45,631 nt of DNA from a virus. Made by a program: the position numbers and the translations under genes. Below the pieces are notes generated by a model. That model ran no database searches. It saw nothing but the letters and a program-made list of their open reading frames with translations, and was not told the DNA's origin. The stretch spans positions 1 through 45,631 of the IMG/VR virus record IMGVR_UViG_3300046739_000207; one strand, 5' to 3'. Positions 21,930 through 31,854 of this stretch are shown here, in pieces (position 1 is the stretch's first letter; each line of letters starts with the position of its first letter).

Positions 21930-22787
21930 TTATGCTCTGGGCTGCTTGGTTCCTGATGCCTGCATTGGATCAGCGTAGCGTTCTGGATACATCTTCATAG
22001 CGCGGTCTTTTGGCTTCATGGCGCGTAGCTCTTCAATGCCTTCATCCAGCCATCCTGAACACTGTGGACAAGAAAGAATGTTCTCTTTGATCTTCGCTCC
22101 ACAGCCAGGACAATCCACAAGCTGCTGCGGCACGTATGCCCACGGTCTTTCCTGCCCAAGACGCGCACATGCACTGGTGTGAATCTCGCTGATATTGATT
22201 CTTCCCGGTTCCGGTCCTGCCCATATCTTGTCGCCTTGCGCCACGAGTGCCTGGTCTTCCAGCTGTAGATTGTGTTTGGCTTTGGCGATTTCGGATTTCT
22301 GCACGAGCTTTCGGCAGCTATCCTCAAATTCTGAGCGAAAGACTTGAACGTTCTGCGAAAACTCTTCCAACTTCTCTGCCACGCCTGGGCGATACGTGTT
22401 TTCTATCACAATAGCGCCAGAGTCAGAGTCTTTGGTATATTCGCATTTAGGGCGATTCTTGTTGATGAAGTTGGCCTCATCTTTGATAGCGGAAATGAGG
22501 TCTCTAGGAATCTCCGGCTCTGCTTCGCAGATTAGAAGACCCCATTTTTCCTTTGGACCGGAGTTTGAACCATGCCCCACAATCGAACGCGCCAGAACTT
22601 TGGCGTCAACAACTTCAATTTTGCCGCGTCGGTCGCCCTGATCCTGAATCTCTTCACGCGGATAAACAATCAGAATCGCGCAAGGTTCGTTAGCTTTCTT
22701 GGCAGGAACAACCCAAGTTCCCGATAGCCCGTTTGAGTGGGTATATTCGTGATCTCTCACGTTGATGACAATGGCAGCAGTGCTCAT
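21930..22787 (-). CDS. Hypothetical protein with a C-terminal zinc ribbon (285 aa)
   Basis: Contains CPGCGAKIKENILSCPQCSGW. Confidence 0.55.
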   Translation of the reverse strand: MSTAAIVINVRDHEYTHSNGLSGTWVVPAKKANEPCAILIVYPREEIQDQGDRRGKIEVVDAKVLARSIVGHGSNSGPKEKWGLLICEAEPEIPRDLISAIKDEANFINKNRPKCEYTKDSDSGAIVIENTYRPGVAEKLEEFSQNVQVFRSEFEDSCRKLVQKSEIAKAKHNLQLEDQALVAQGDKIWAGPEPGRINISEIHTSACARLGQERPWAYVPQQLVDCPGCGAKIKENILSCPQCSGWLDEGIEELRAMKPKDRAMKMYPERYADPMQASGTKQPRA

Positions 22788-22813
22788 AGCAAGCCTCCTT
22801 TTAGGCTCGTTGG

Positions 22814-23515
22814 TTAGTGAATCAATGGTTTGCCGTGCTTATCGACCAATTGCGGCACGGTGACAAAATCTTCCCCCGCGAAGGGCCGCATAGAGTCTTT
22901 GAACATGGCCATTGTGCGCTGAATGAAGCCTTCATCTTTCCTTGCTTCCCGCTGTTCAATCGCTGCTCTGCGTTGCTGGAAGGTGAACATCTCGCGGCCA
23001 AACTGGATCATCTCCACCAGCTCAGAAACGAGGTCATCAATCAAAGGCAGAGGACGACCGTGTGAAGTAGCATCATCGGTGAGCGGATAGCACAGTTCGT
23101 ACTCTCCGCGCTCAGGAAACGGGCCAGCAGTATCAACGGTCATGCCTTGGAGAACTTCCTCTCCTGCTTTACGCCAGTCTTCAGGAGAGCCGTACTCTTC
23201 AGGTAGACGCCACATTTCCAGATGCCAGCAGTTTCCAGGTAGGTATTTAGGAACGTAGCGGGTTTCCACAATTTCTTTTTCGAGCTTCATGAACTCCCGT
23301 GTTTCCGTGTATCCTGTCATTTTGTCAATGAGCATCGCTCCGTATTTAGCCCACTCTTCCCACTTTCCCGTCATGGGAACGATGCGGTCATATCCCCAGA
23401 CAACACGGAAATTAGGCTCGCCAAAGCGATTCTCTCCGCCTGCCACACGGAGAGATTCCGCAATGTGTTCAGGGCAAACGTGGTGCTCAATGACTTCGTT
23501 AGTTGATGAGCGCAT
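22814..23515 (-). CDS. Hypothetical virion-module protein (233 aa)
   Basis: ORF 22814..23593 trimmed to the ATG at 23515 (MRSSTNEVIEHH...). It overlaps the upstream stop by 17 nt. Confidence 0.5.
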   Translation of the reverse strand: MRSSTNEVIEHHVCPEHIAESLRVAGGENRFGEPNFRVVWGYDRIVPMTGKWEEWAKYGAMLIDKMTGYTETREFMKLEKEIVETRYVPKYLPGNCWHLEMWRLPEEYGSPEDWRKAGEEVLQGMTVDTAGPFPERGEYELCYPLTDDATSHGRPLPLIDDLVSELVEMIQFGREMFTFQQRRAAIEQREARKDEGFIQRTMAMFKDSMRPFAGEDFVTVPQLVDKHGKPLIH

Positions 23516-23720
23516 TAGATTCAGCTTCTGGTTCAGGTGTGCTGACGGTGATCTTAGCAACGATCTCAATCCCACCAGAGGCAGTTCTAACAATCGAAGT
23601 AACTTCGGCTGAAAGAGTCTGGCCTTCTGTCACCAGTTCAGCCGCACCATCAGCTTCAATCGTTACGCCCAGAGTGTGCGTGCGTCCGTCTTTGCTGCTG
23701 TCTTTCGATATAACGTGCAT
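23499..23720 (-). CDS. Small protein after the capsid gene (73 aa), possible decoration protein
   Basis: ORF 23499..23765 trimmed to the ATG at 23720, which follows AGGAG. Confidence 0.45.
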   Translation of the reverse strand: MHVISKDSSKDGRTHTLGVTIEADGAAELVTEGQTLSAEVTSIVRTASGGIEIVAKITVSTPEPEAESNALIN

Positions 23721-23774
23721 AAATTTCTCCTGAAAAAGCGGTGGATGCTGCAGCACCCACCACAAGGTTAAGTA

Positions 23775-25037
23775 TCAATAACCACCGGGAGGAAGAGCCA
23801 ATCCGTCAAAGAAGAAGCCAAACCTCGGACAATCCATAAACACATTAAAGACTGTGTCGAAGTAGCTGAGATATCCAGCCAGCAGGCCACCCGACTGACC
23901 ATACAACTGGAATACGGTCTGGCCGCCTTCTTCAAACAGGTCAACTTCTTTGGTCACGCCACGGCCCCAGTGTTTTAACGCCAATACGTCAATGCGCTGG
24001 ATGGTTGCATGAATTGAAGTCTTGATGGGCAGCCCGCCAAAGGTCTTCGGAGGCCTGCGCTTCAACATGTCCTGGGAAGTTTCGCCGGAAATCTGGGCTT
24101 GGATGTTTGTGGTCACGGTTATGCCAACATTCTCCCAAGCTGCTTCCTGGTCTACGTTCATGTATGCAACCAGGGGTTCATCGAAGTCCACGCCAAGAAC
24201 GCGGCGGAGTTTGTTTTCTCCAAGGCGCCTCAGAGCAGGGGTGATGGTCGATCCAGCCGCAGCAACGTGTGGTGTCTTCAGAACTTCTGGATAGGTCGAA
24301 CGTGCCAGGTTGTTCCAAGATCCCGAAGCGGAATCGACGTGGTTATAAAGCAGCCCTTCCAGCGAAACCGGGTTAGCTCCGCCAGCGCCTTGAGAAATGT
24401 TGATTGCCAGAGCATCGCCAGCAATCGTTCCCGGAGGCGCTGCATTGACAGTGATTGTCTTCAGCAGCGGGTCAACCTGTGTGACAGTGGCCATACCGCG
24501 CGATGCGGAAGCCAAGCCAGCCGGATAAACCTGAATGTCCTGGTTAAAATAGAAACTATTCGGATTGGCGACAGGGAACGTGGTGCCTGTGGTATAAGTC
24601 GAGCCGATGGTGTCCAACTGGCCGTTCCCTGGAGTCTGGTAAACGCAATCCAGAAAACGCTTGAACATCTTCATTGCTTCCGCAACTTCACGGACAGCAA
24701 CATCTTCTACTGCTTTGTCGTTGCCTTTGGTGGCGTACTCAGCAAGCTTTGAGACTTCAAACGCCCACCGGAATTGGATCGTGGACAGAGTCGCCACGTC
24801 CCAGGTCGAACCAGAACCGCGTCCCATATCGTCAAAGTCGGCAGTTCCCTGTGAACCTTTGCCACCAGGACGGACCAGGATAGGCAAACGGATGTTGCGG
24901 CTTGAGGCGTCAATTACATCGCCTCGTTTATCAATCATGTCGAGCAGAACGTGTTCCTGCTCATAGGCAGTCGGTACATTCTTCCGCACTTTTTCAAGCT
25001 GCAGAGCTACCGATTGAGTATTTTGTGGAGGTGCCAT
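23775..25037 (-). CDS. Major capsid protein (candidate, HK97-fold expected)
   Basis: 420 aa, placed after the scaffold-like gene and a structured leader. The size and position are typical of a capsid protein. Confidence 0.6.
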   Translation of the reverse strand: MAPPQNTQSVALQLEKVRKNVPTAYEQEHVLLDMIDKRGDVIDASSRNIRLPILVRPGGKGSQGTADFDDMGRGSGSTWDVATLSTIQFRWAFEVSKLAEYATKGNDKAVEDVAVREVAEAMKMFKRFLDCVYQTPGNGQLDTIGSTYTTGTTFPVANPNSFYFNQDIQVYPAGLASASRGMATVTQVDPLLKTITVNAAPPGTIAGDALAINISQGAGGANPVSLEGLLYNHVDSASGSWNNLARSTYPEVLKTPHVAAAGSTITPALRRLGENKLRRVLGVDFDEPLVAYMNVDQEAAWENVGITVTTNIQAQISGETSQDMLKRRPPKTFGGLPIKTSIHATIQRIDVLALKHWGRGVTKEVDLFEEGGQTVFQLYGQSGGLLAGYLSYFDTVFNVFMDCPRFGFFFDGLALPPGGY

Positions 25038-25155
25038 GGAATTTTCCTCGTGTTTTCGTCAGATTTGGCAATCAGTCGCACGAGGAGCCGGGGGAACGTA
25101 GCCCGGTAGAGGAAAGCGTTCGCTTTGCTCGTATTTCGCTTTATGCCTGAGATTT

Positions 25156-26529
25156 TTAGAGCAGATGCTGGCCGGCTAAGACTTCTTGCGTGGTAAATGG
25201 CGCACCGTTGCCGCCATCTCTATACCAGCGTCCGCCGATTTGCTTTGATGGTTTTGGTCCTTTATCGCTGGATTGACGGGTATTGTTTGCCGAAGGCGCA
25301 CCAGCGCGGCGTGTCACGGCAGCCCGATTGTTTGATACCAACTGCGGTATTTCCTTGCTGAAAACTGTGCGCACCATGCGGTTCAACAGCCACTGCTGCG
25401 ACCATGCCGCTTTCTGGAGAGACATGAGCTCATCCATCTTTCTGGCAGAGTAAGCAGGGCGAAGCTTGTTCATGAATGAAGAGCTCTTGCCAAGCTGTGA
25501 TTCAACGTTCTTTCTCACCTGCTCAATGATTTCTGCTTTCTTTTGCTCGGTAATTGTCTTGCTTTCCAGCAGTTTCTTAACTGCCGGATGAGAGCGAACG
25601 ATGCCAGTCTGGAGGTTCTTTGATTCGCCAAGAAACGACTGGTTAAATTGCTGTGCGGTCTTCTTGTCAATGTCATCTTTCTCGCGATTGAAGTTCTGGC
25701 GGTCGCGAGCAAGGCGTTGTTCTTCTTCGCTGGGTTGGGGTTTTTCCTTGAGATAGCCGCTGGCCCATCCCAAAAGTTGATTCAGCCCTTTGGCGAGGCC
25801 ATCCTGCTTGGCATCTTTCGCGCCTTGCAGGAGGTCAGAGACAAAATCCACAATCCCAGCACTGGAAATAGTTGCTCCGACAATCCGTCCCATAACTTCG
25901 TTGTAGCTGTCACGATCAAGGCGAGCCCATTCCTTCGGCATTGAACGGAAGAGCGAAACCGCAGCATTCCGGTCATCGCGAAACATGTTTTCCATGATCT
26001 TTGTGTGGCCGGGATAATTGCCTTCACGATCTCGCGTATAAAAGTCATTGTCCAGCTCTTCAACTTCTTTTACGCTGTTGTGAAGTTCCTGAACGTCTGC
26101 CAGGCCGTTCGGAAAATGCTCGCGCATCTGCCGCGCTTCGCCGATGGTTGGGAAGACTTCGCGGTAAGCAGCGTCCCGGCGGAAGACTGGCTCGAGTTCT
26201 TTCTGCAGTTCCGGATGTGCCGCGAACGCTTCTTTTAGTTTCGGGTATTTGTTGACCATGCCGACCATGCGGCGGCCCACAGGGACACGGAACTCTTGCG
26301 CTTCGGGCTCTTCTTTTACGGTCTGCAGGTCGGGCTTTTCAGTTGGCTCGGTTACTTCAGTGTGCTCTTCGCCACCTTCATATCCGCCAAGATCGCCGTC
26401 AGCGCCTTCGGCAGCACCAGAATCAATAACAGCGCCTTCAGGTGCTCCGCCAGCCAGAGCATCGGCCCCAGCGGCAAAGAACATGCCGAATAGAGGGAGC
26501 AGCCAGGGAAGAAAGAGTGTTTTAAACAC
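25156..26529 (-). CDS. Scaffolding-like protein (457 aa)
   Basis: Lies between the portal and capsid genes. It has an acidic N-terminal region and a long helical, charged body. The extreme N-terminus (MFKTLFLPWLLPLFGMFFAAGA) is hydrophobic, so the true start is uncertain. Confidence 0.5.
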   Translation of the reverse strand: MFKTLFLPWLLPLFGMFFAAGADALAGGAPEGAVIDSGAAEGADGDLGGYEGGEEHTEVTEPTEKPDLQTVKEEPEAQEFRVPVGRRMVGMVNKYPKLKEAFAAHPELQKELEPVFRRDAAYREVFPTIGEARQMREHFPNGLADVQELHNSVKEVEELDNDFYTRDREGNYPGHTKIMENMFRDDRNAAVSLFRSMPKEWARLDRDSYNEVMGRIVGATISSAGIVDFVSDLLQGAKDAKQDGLAKGLNQLLGWASGYLKEKPQPSEEEQRLARDRQNFNREKDDIDKKTAQQFNQSFLGESKNLQTGIVRSHPAVKKLLESKTITEQKKAEIIEQVRKNVESQLGKSSSFMNKLRPAYSARKMDELMSLQKAAWSQQWLLNRMVRTVFSKEIPQLVSNNRAAVTRRAGAPSANNTRQSSDKGPKPSKQIGGRWYRDGGNGAPFTTQEVLAGQHLL

Positions 26530-26740
26530 AGATTCCCTCCTTCTCTAGTTGCTTTAGTTCGCTTGCAGAAAGAGACCAACGGTCAATCTGTGTTTCACAG
26601 AGAAACCGCATGAACTCTTCGTCTTGGGTTAACTCAAAGAGCCTGAATTTTTCTTCTCTGCTGGCATATACACCAAGGCCAATCAGGCGTTTTAATTCAT
26701 AGGCAAACTTCGTGTAAACATATGGATCTTGTCTCATCAC
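26522..26740 (-). CDS. Small hypothetical protein (72 aa)
   Basis: Its start codon overlaps the stop of 26737..26949 by 4 nt, and its 3' end overlaps the scaffold-gene start by 8 nt. Confidence 0.5.
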   Translation of the reverse strand: MMRQDPYVYTKFAYELKRLIGLGVYASREEKFRLFELTQDEEFMRFLCETQIDRWSLSASELKQLEKEGICV

Positions 26741-26949
26741 TGCACTCCTGCCGCGCTTGGAGGTATAAGCGCTGATCCATCCGCGAACGTTTTCAGAGAT
26801 TCGACTAAATCATTCCAATCTTTAACTGCCTCATCTGTGGGCACATGAAAACGCTCAGATAGATTACGAACGTGAATTTCCCCCTTTGCGCGTAAAGCAT
26901 CTATTTCGCGCACCAGTTCTGCATTTTTTTGTATCAATTGTTCCATCAT
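26737..26949 (-). CDS. Small hypothetical protein (70 aa)
   Basis: 4-nt overlap with the portal stop. Confidence 0.5.
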   Translation of the reverse strand: MMEQLIQKNAELVREIDALRAKGEIHVRNLSERFHVPTDEAVKDWNDLVESLKTFADGSALIPPSAAGVQ

Positions 26950-29381
26950 TGCACTCCTGCCGCTGGAGGTAACTGCGGCCCGCCCGGTTGCGGCTGTCCG
27001 GGCATGGGTTTTGGTGCTTTCTTGGCCTGCTCGAGAGCAGCTTGCTCAACAAACGCTTGTGGCGTTACGTGAATGCCCCACTGCGCTAATACCTGAGCTT
27101 GGGCTTCAGGCGGCAAGTCCTTGAATGCTGAGTTCAACGTCTCAGACAGCGGCTTAACTGGCGGATTAGGCGGTGGAATCTGCGCATCATGCTGGGCCTT
27201 ATGCTGTTTCACGGCCATCCAGCCCATAGGATTCTCGCGCTTTATCTTCTGGCCTTTTTCGTCATTCATCCACCATTTGCAGCAAGCCGATTCCAAATCG
27301 TGAAAATCATCAGAATCAACTTCGACTGACGGCGCTATACCAGCCAAAAGGTCATCGCCTTGAGGAATCTTGGTGAGTTCTGAAATCTCTTTGAGTTGTT
27401 TACGCCATGAATCAAGGCCGGGAATCTTCAGATCAGGAATGCCGGTCATTTTGCCGAACAGTTCAGCATTGCCTGGTTCCTTAGAGAGTGCCTGACCGTA
27501 AGGCGTGTCCATAATCTGCATCATGGTTGCGCGCTGCTGGTTCCACAGTTCAGGAAAGTTCTCATCGCCTTCTGGATAAGCTTCTGCTTCTCCTTCGAGA
27601 GCAGTTACGTCAACCGATTCAGATTCAAAATCACCTGATGCGCCAAATACCGGGATCTTTACTTCACCTTCCGAATGAGCTTCAAAACAACGACATGAAA
27701 GCGTCATTACATCGGCATGAGCTTGTTTCAAGGGCACGTAGAAGATTCCCATGCGGCCCATGGCCTGATCACGCTGCATTGCCTGCTGACCTAACGTGTC
27801 TGGAGCTCCCTGTTGTGATCCTGCACCACTTAGAGCTGGATAGGTTCCTGACATCTGATCGGCTACCGGCCCCATCAGGTCCATGGTGTGCTTCGCCATA
27901 TCAGGAGAGACCGAATCAGCACGCACCTGCATGATCCTCTGCCGCATATCGGCACCTGGAAGCAATGCAACTTCAACTTCTAGTCCAGGGGCTGCTCTTT
28001 GGTCATCATCGGCCTCAGAAGCGAACGTATCTGACGCACGATAGGTAATCGGAATGCCATATTCGTAAGTTTCCGCTTCGATGTTAGAGAACGTATTAAT
28101 GCGATCCTGCACAGACATCGTGGACGAACCAACTGCAGGGCGATGCTGACCTCTTCCTGGCATCGCATGGCAGCTCACAATCGCGTCATCCATTGATTCG
28201 GCTTCTGATGTGCAGTATGTCAGGCCGGCAAACTCAACCCTGCAGCCGCGTGGGAACTTTTCCAGTAGTTCATCTCTCTGGTCTTCTTCGTCCAGCATCC
28301 AAAACGCTGTTGGTCGGAACCAGACGCGCGCAAACGTCACCAGGTTGGCCATTGCCTGAGCAGACTGAGTAGGAGTCTTAGAGTTCTCCGCAATTGATAG
28401 GCGAGCGTTGCGCTCAAACACATCATCTGGACCAAAATTCATTCCTGGCTTGATTTCTTTGGCTTTGTCCTGAAACGCTCCACGCAGAGTTGAGTAATGG
28501 ATTTCCTCTTCGATGGCGAAGTAATGCCACTGGCTCTGGTCTTTGGTATGTTGAGGGCGTTTAGAGTTCAGAGCCCCAAATGCAGAGATGACCTGACGCC
28601 CCTTTGGTATCTGTTGTTCTCCACCATCCTCAGGTACAGGAATTGGGCCTTCATCGCTAACGTTTTCTTCAGTAAGCTGATGACCGCAGTTCGGACACGG
28701 TACAGGCGGTACAGCTTGTTCGGCTGGCGCAGACCAGCCACATTCAGGGCAAGCAATTGAAGACTCAACATCTACCGCGCCCTGAGAAAGCAGTTCAACT
28801 GAGTCAATGCCGTACTTCTCCCCGTTTGGAACGTATCTGGTCCACCACGCAATAAATCCGCCAGTCCAAGCGTGATAGGTTTCTTCCTGTAATAGCAATT
28901 GGGGAGGATTCCAGCGCTCAATCAGCTTTGTAAGCTTGGTTCTGCCGGCAGCCGTTTCAAGGTCTTTGCTGTCGTCCGCATCATCAGGAAAGAATCTTAG
29001 CCGAGGCGGAGCGCCGGCAACAGCTCCAATCATCATCAAGCCACGCGCTTGATAGATGTTCGTAACAAACTGGAAGCGCGGCATATCATCGGGCTCGCTG
29101 TCAGTCTGCCCAGCTCCGCCCGTAGCCGTGGTAATAGGTTTCCAAGTCTGCTCCGAACGAGACCACCAGTCATACTGCCTGCCAGCCCAATAGTTCTCCG
29201 CTTGCTTTACGTCTTTGACTTCAATAAGGCGCGGATAGCGGTCTTCAGCAGAGCATTTCTGGTAGAGCCTTAGAAGAGTTTTCTGGAGGTCTTCAGAGAG
29301 TTCATCTTCTGAAGATTCTTCAGGCTGCTCTTCGTCAGTTTCTTCCTGGTCAAGTAGTTCGTCTGTATTTGGGTCAGGCAA
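26946..29381 (-). CDS. Portal protein (candidate, 811 aa) with an embedded zinc ribbon
   Basis: Assigned by size and position ahead of the scaffold and capsid genes, with an acidic N-terminus. CPECGWSAPAEQAVPPVPCPNCG is encoded at 28683..28751. Confidence 0.6.
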   Translation of the reverse strand: MPDPNTDELLDQEETDEEQPEESSEDELSEDLQKTLLRLYQKCSAEDRYPRLIEVKDVKQAENYWAGRQYDWWSRSEQTWKPITTATGGAGQTDSEPDDMPRFQFVTNIYQARGLMMIGAVAGAPPRLRFFPDDADDSKDLETAAGRTKLTKLIERWNPPQLLLQEETYHAWTGGFIAWWTRYVPNGEKYGIDSVELLSQGAVDVESSIACPECGWSAPAEQAVPPVPCPNCGHQLTEENVSDEGPIPVPEDGGEQQIPKGRQVISAFGALNSKRPQHTKDQSQWHYFAIEEEIHYSTLRGAFQDKAKEIKPGMNFGPDDVFERNARLSIAENSKTPTQSAQAMANLVTFARVWFRPTAFWMLDEEDQRDELLEKFPRGCRVEFAGLTYCTSEAESMDDAIVSCHAMPGRGQHRPAVGSSTMSVQDRINTFSNIEAETYEYGIPITYRASDTFASEADDDQRAAPGLEVEVALLPGADMRQRIMQVRADSVSPDMAKHTMDLMGPVADQMSGTYPALSGAGSQQGAPDTLGQQAMQRDQAMGRMGIFYVPLKQAHADVMTLSCRCFEAHSEGEVKIPVFGASGDFESESVDVTALEGEAEAYPEGDENFPELWNQQRATMMQIMDTPYGQALSKEPGNAELFGKMTGIPDLKIPGLDSWRKQLKEISELTKIPQGDDLLAGIAPSVEVDSDDFHDLESACCKWWMNDEKGQKIKRENPMGWMAVKQHKAQHDAQIPPPNPPVKPLSETLNSAFKDLPPEAQAQVLAQWGIHVTPQAFVEQAALEQAKKAPKPMPGQPQPGGPQLPPAAGVQ

Positions 29382-29565
29382 GGGGTTTTACTTGTGTTGG
29401 AACGTGACGTGCAGCGGCTAGTAAACGGTCTGTCAGGATTTTGGCCGATGCTTTTAGTTGGCCGTTCGTGGCGAACATACCTGTACGTTTCGCGGCATGT
29501 TTCCATGCTTTCGCCATCAGTTCATGGCGTAACTTGCGACGTGCTTTCTTCTCTTCTGTGGTCAT
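29374..29565 (-). CDS. Small basic hypothetical protein (63 aa)
   Basis: 8-nt overlap with the portal start. Confidence 0.45.
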   Translation of the reverse strand: MTTEEKKARRKLRHELMAKAWKHAAKRTGMFATNGQLKASAKILTDRLLAAARHVPTQVKPLA

Positions 29566-29720
29566 TTCTTTCGGCGTGGAATCACATGCGTTTTACGTTC
29601 CGGCAGTGATCCCTTTTTGGTTGCGCTATCCCATTCAGAGACAGCGGATTTACCGCCTAGAGCCTTGAGGCCCGCCGGAGAATGCCCCCAGCGAGCCTGT
29701 GCTTTAGAAGTCCAAGGCAT
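29562..29720 (-). CDS. Small hypothetical protein (52 aa, below the ORF-track cutoff)
   Basis: The ATG at 29720 abuts the upstream stop. Translation: MPWTSKAQARWGHSPAGLKALGGKSAVSEWDSATKKGSLPERKTHVIPRRKK. ATGA overlap downstream. Confidence 0.45.
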   Translation of the reverse strand: MPWTSKAQARWGHSPAGLKALGGKSAVSEWDSATKKGSLPERKTHVIPRRKK

Positions 29721-31502
29721 TTAGTTAGCTACTTCGAGCGTTCCTTCAAGCGGCTGGGCGCCGGTGACAGTAGCGCCTGTATCGCTGAATCTGACAGTAA
29801 TGCGGCCCGGAACCGTCAAGTTAATCGAGCCACTTGCAGCCACGGCGGTATCGTTCGCACCGCCAATGAGAACACCCGCTGAGCCAGTAGCAATGTCAAA
29901 ATACCCGCTACCGTTTACCAGAGCAGTGCCCGTTGCTCCTGTGGTCAAAATCCTGACCGTGCAGGAGTAGTATCCGGTCTGTGCGGCTGCGGCGTTGGTG
30001 TGAGTATTAGCGATGTTACACAGCGTTGTGGGAACAGTTGTGGTGTTCGTACCTGCGGCATCCCACGCAACAATCACTTTCATTGCATCCGAGGCGCCAC
30101 CGTCCGTCCAGGTGATTTTCCCAGAGACGCGGAATTCTGCGCCGACGAAGTTAAAACACCCAGCGGGAATCGTCCACGTTCCCATCGACATCGGAATGCC
30201 AGTGGTTGACGAAGCACTGATTCCACCCGCGGCAATTTCCTGTGTAGCGTTCCATGAAGACACTCCAGGGCACATGCCGACGCGGTTGCTAGGAGCATAG
30301 GAATACGTTACCGATGAGTTTGTCATCGGAGTAAGCGAAACGGTTGTTTGCACCGTAGACGCTAACTTCGGGAAGTGCTGCCCGGTGTTGAGTGAAATAG
30401 CGGCGATTTGCGCTCCGCCAGTGAATAGAGTGTTCTTGCCAAATAGAGATCCTGTTGATCCGTAAGTGGTATTGGTAATGGCGCATGAAGGAATTGGCGT
30501 CAGAGTTGATAACGTACAGATCGTTGAGCTTGGCGGGATTTGATATGCCTGCGCATAAGTTCCAGCGTCAAGCGACAGATAGGGAATCCAGCCAACTGCG
30601 CCAGCAGAAGCTGCTGGCAGGCCAATATCAATTGCCTTAGTGGAAACATCTGTAAAAGTGGCGGTTAGCGAACATGGACCTTCATTGCCCATGATGTCTA
30701 CGTAAGTAACGCAACCAAAAAGAGAGCCGCCGGCATAACTGGCTGAACCGGCAACGGTAGCATCTGAGCAAAATGAGTGTGTGGCATCGCAGGCAGCCTG
30801 AGCGCTTAACGTTGCCGGAACGGCTAGAGCCAGCCCGGTTGGAGTGGGATTCCAATAACGCGAGACGCCACCGCGATTGTCCATGATGGAAACTAGGGCA
30901 TACGGAACCAGTGCAGTGATTATGGTGTTCGTGCCGCCCATCTGCGCCCATGCAGCATCAATCAGGACTACTCCGCCACCGCCGAGATTAGTCGTGCCGG
31001 TTGCCGGAGTAAGGCCCAACTGAGCCGCATAGTTGATTGCCGTCTGCAAACCAAATGAGCCATCAATCACAACGGCAGACTGTCCGTGTGTATTGGCGAA
31101 GGTTCCGGTGAAATTCAAACACTGCGCACTGTTTGCTCCAATGCCGAGATTTCCAGACGGACAGGTGGTTGCCGTCAGCGTAGTAGGCGTCACGGTTTCC
31201 TGTGCACCCTGCCCAAAGTCAAAGATGACTGGGGTTAGCGTACTGGCAATGACTGAGCTAGAAATGGTTGTTCCGTCTGCCGTTACGAAGTTACCGGCAA
31301 TAGTGACGGTCTGGGCTCCAGTAGTGGCGTTGCCTGAGATCAGGATGCCGCGCCATGCGAAAGATGGAGCATAGAACATGCCACCAGGACGAGAAAGAAC
31401 TGATGGGTTACCCGAGGCGCCGGGAAAGTTTTGAGCAACTGACGGCAAAGCAGCCACAAGAAGGGCCGCCACCGCAATGATGATTGTGCGAAAGCGTTTC
31501 AT
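29721..31502 (-). CDS. Secreted-type beta-rich spike/depolymerase-like protein (593 aa)
   Basis: ORF 29721..31781 trimmed to the ATG at 31502, which follows AGGAG. The N-terminus is MKRFRTIIIAVAALLVAALPSVAQ. LQTAINYAAQLG...GGGGVVLIDAAW resembles the start of a pectate-lyase-type beta-helix. Confidence 0.6.
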   Translation of the reverse strand: MKRFRTIIIAVAALLVAALPSVAQNFPGASGNPSVLSRPGGMFYAPSFAWRGILISGNATTGAQTVTIAGNFVTADGTTISSSVIASTLTPVIFDFGQGAQETVTPTTLTATTCPSGNLGIGANSAQCLNFTGTFANTHGQSAVVIDGSFGLQTAINYAAQLGLTPATGTTNLGGGGVVLIDAAWAQMGGTNTIITALVPYALVSIMDNRGGVSRYWNPTPTGLALAVPATLSAQAACDATHSFCSDATVAGSASYAGGSLFGCVTYVDIMGNEGPCSLTATFTDVSTKAIDIGLPAASAGAVGWIPYLSLDAGTYAQAYQIPPSSTICTLSTLTPIPSCAITNTTYGSTGSLFGKNTLFTGGAQIAAISLNTGQHFPKLASTVQTTVSLTPMTNSSVTYSYAPSNRVGMCPGVSSWNATQEIAAGGISASSTTGIPMSMGTWTIPAGCFNFVGAEFRVSGKITWTDGGASDAMKVIVAWDAAGTNTTTVPTTLCNIANTHTNAAAAQTGYYSCTVRILTTGATGTALVNGSGYFDIATGSAGVLIGGANDTAVAASGSINLTVPGRITVRFSDTGATVTGAQPLEGTLEVAN

Positions 31503-31539
31503 TTGTTTCTCCTTGGGCGGTCTGCCCTTGAATTTGGAA

Positions 31540-31854
31540 CTAAACTCCTGGCCCACCAAAACCATCCTCGTTTTCCATGTTCTCGCCGCTGGAAAAGCCG
31601 TGGTCTTGACCTTCTGGGCCGCCGATCGAGCTGGCTTTGTCCATGGCTTCATTGAAGTTTCCATGGTCGGTATGCTCATGACTTCCATCCGCATGGTGAA
31701 TGTGAACATGGTGCTTGTTGTCGGGATGTGGGTCTCCGCCTTCGGCGTGGTGGATGTGGATGCTGTGCGGATGGGTGCCATGCCCTTCGTGAGCAGGCGC
31801 TTCGTGGCCTTTGCCTTCCATGTGTTTGCCTCTAGCTGGATTCATGTAGTGCAT
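31540..31854 (-). CDS. Histidine-rich protein (104 aa)
   Basis: AAGGAG SD lies 7 nt upstream. I count 20 His, 19 of them in the first 64 residues. Internal repeat: HSIHIHHAEGG / HHVHIHHADGS. Confidence 0.55.
   Translation of the reverse strand: MHYMNPARGKHMEGKGHEAPAHEGHGTHPHSIHIHHAEGGDPHPDNKHHVHIHHADGSHEHTDHGNFNEAMDKASSIGGPEGQDHGFSSGENMENEDGFGGPGV

Noticed and set aside
24099-24752. 217-aa plus-strand ORF inside the capsid gene. The same applies to other long antisense or alternative-frame ORFs (1538..1951 -, 4734..5258 -, 31477..31908 +, 34936..35886 -, 35102..35494 +, 44739..45173 +).
   Set aside because: These are shadow ORFs of better-supported genes. Their composition is Arg/Ser/Cys-rich and low-complexity. 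They lack SD sequences and break the otherwise strict two-arm strand organisation.
31503-31781. N-terminal 93-aa extension of the long ORF 29721..31781.
   Set aside because: The translation is junk-like (MAPIRTASTSTTPKAETHIPTTSTMF...). It overlaps, in another frame, the well-signalled His-rich ORF. An internal ATG at 31502 with an AGGAG SD opens with a textbook signal peptide.
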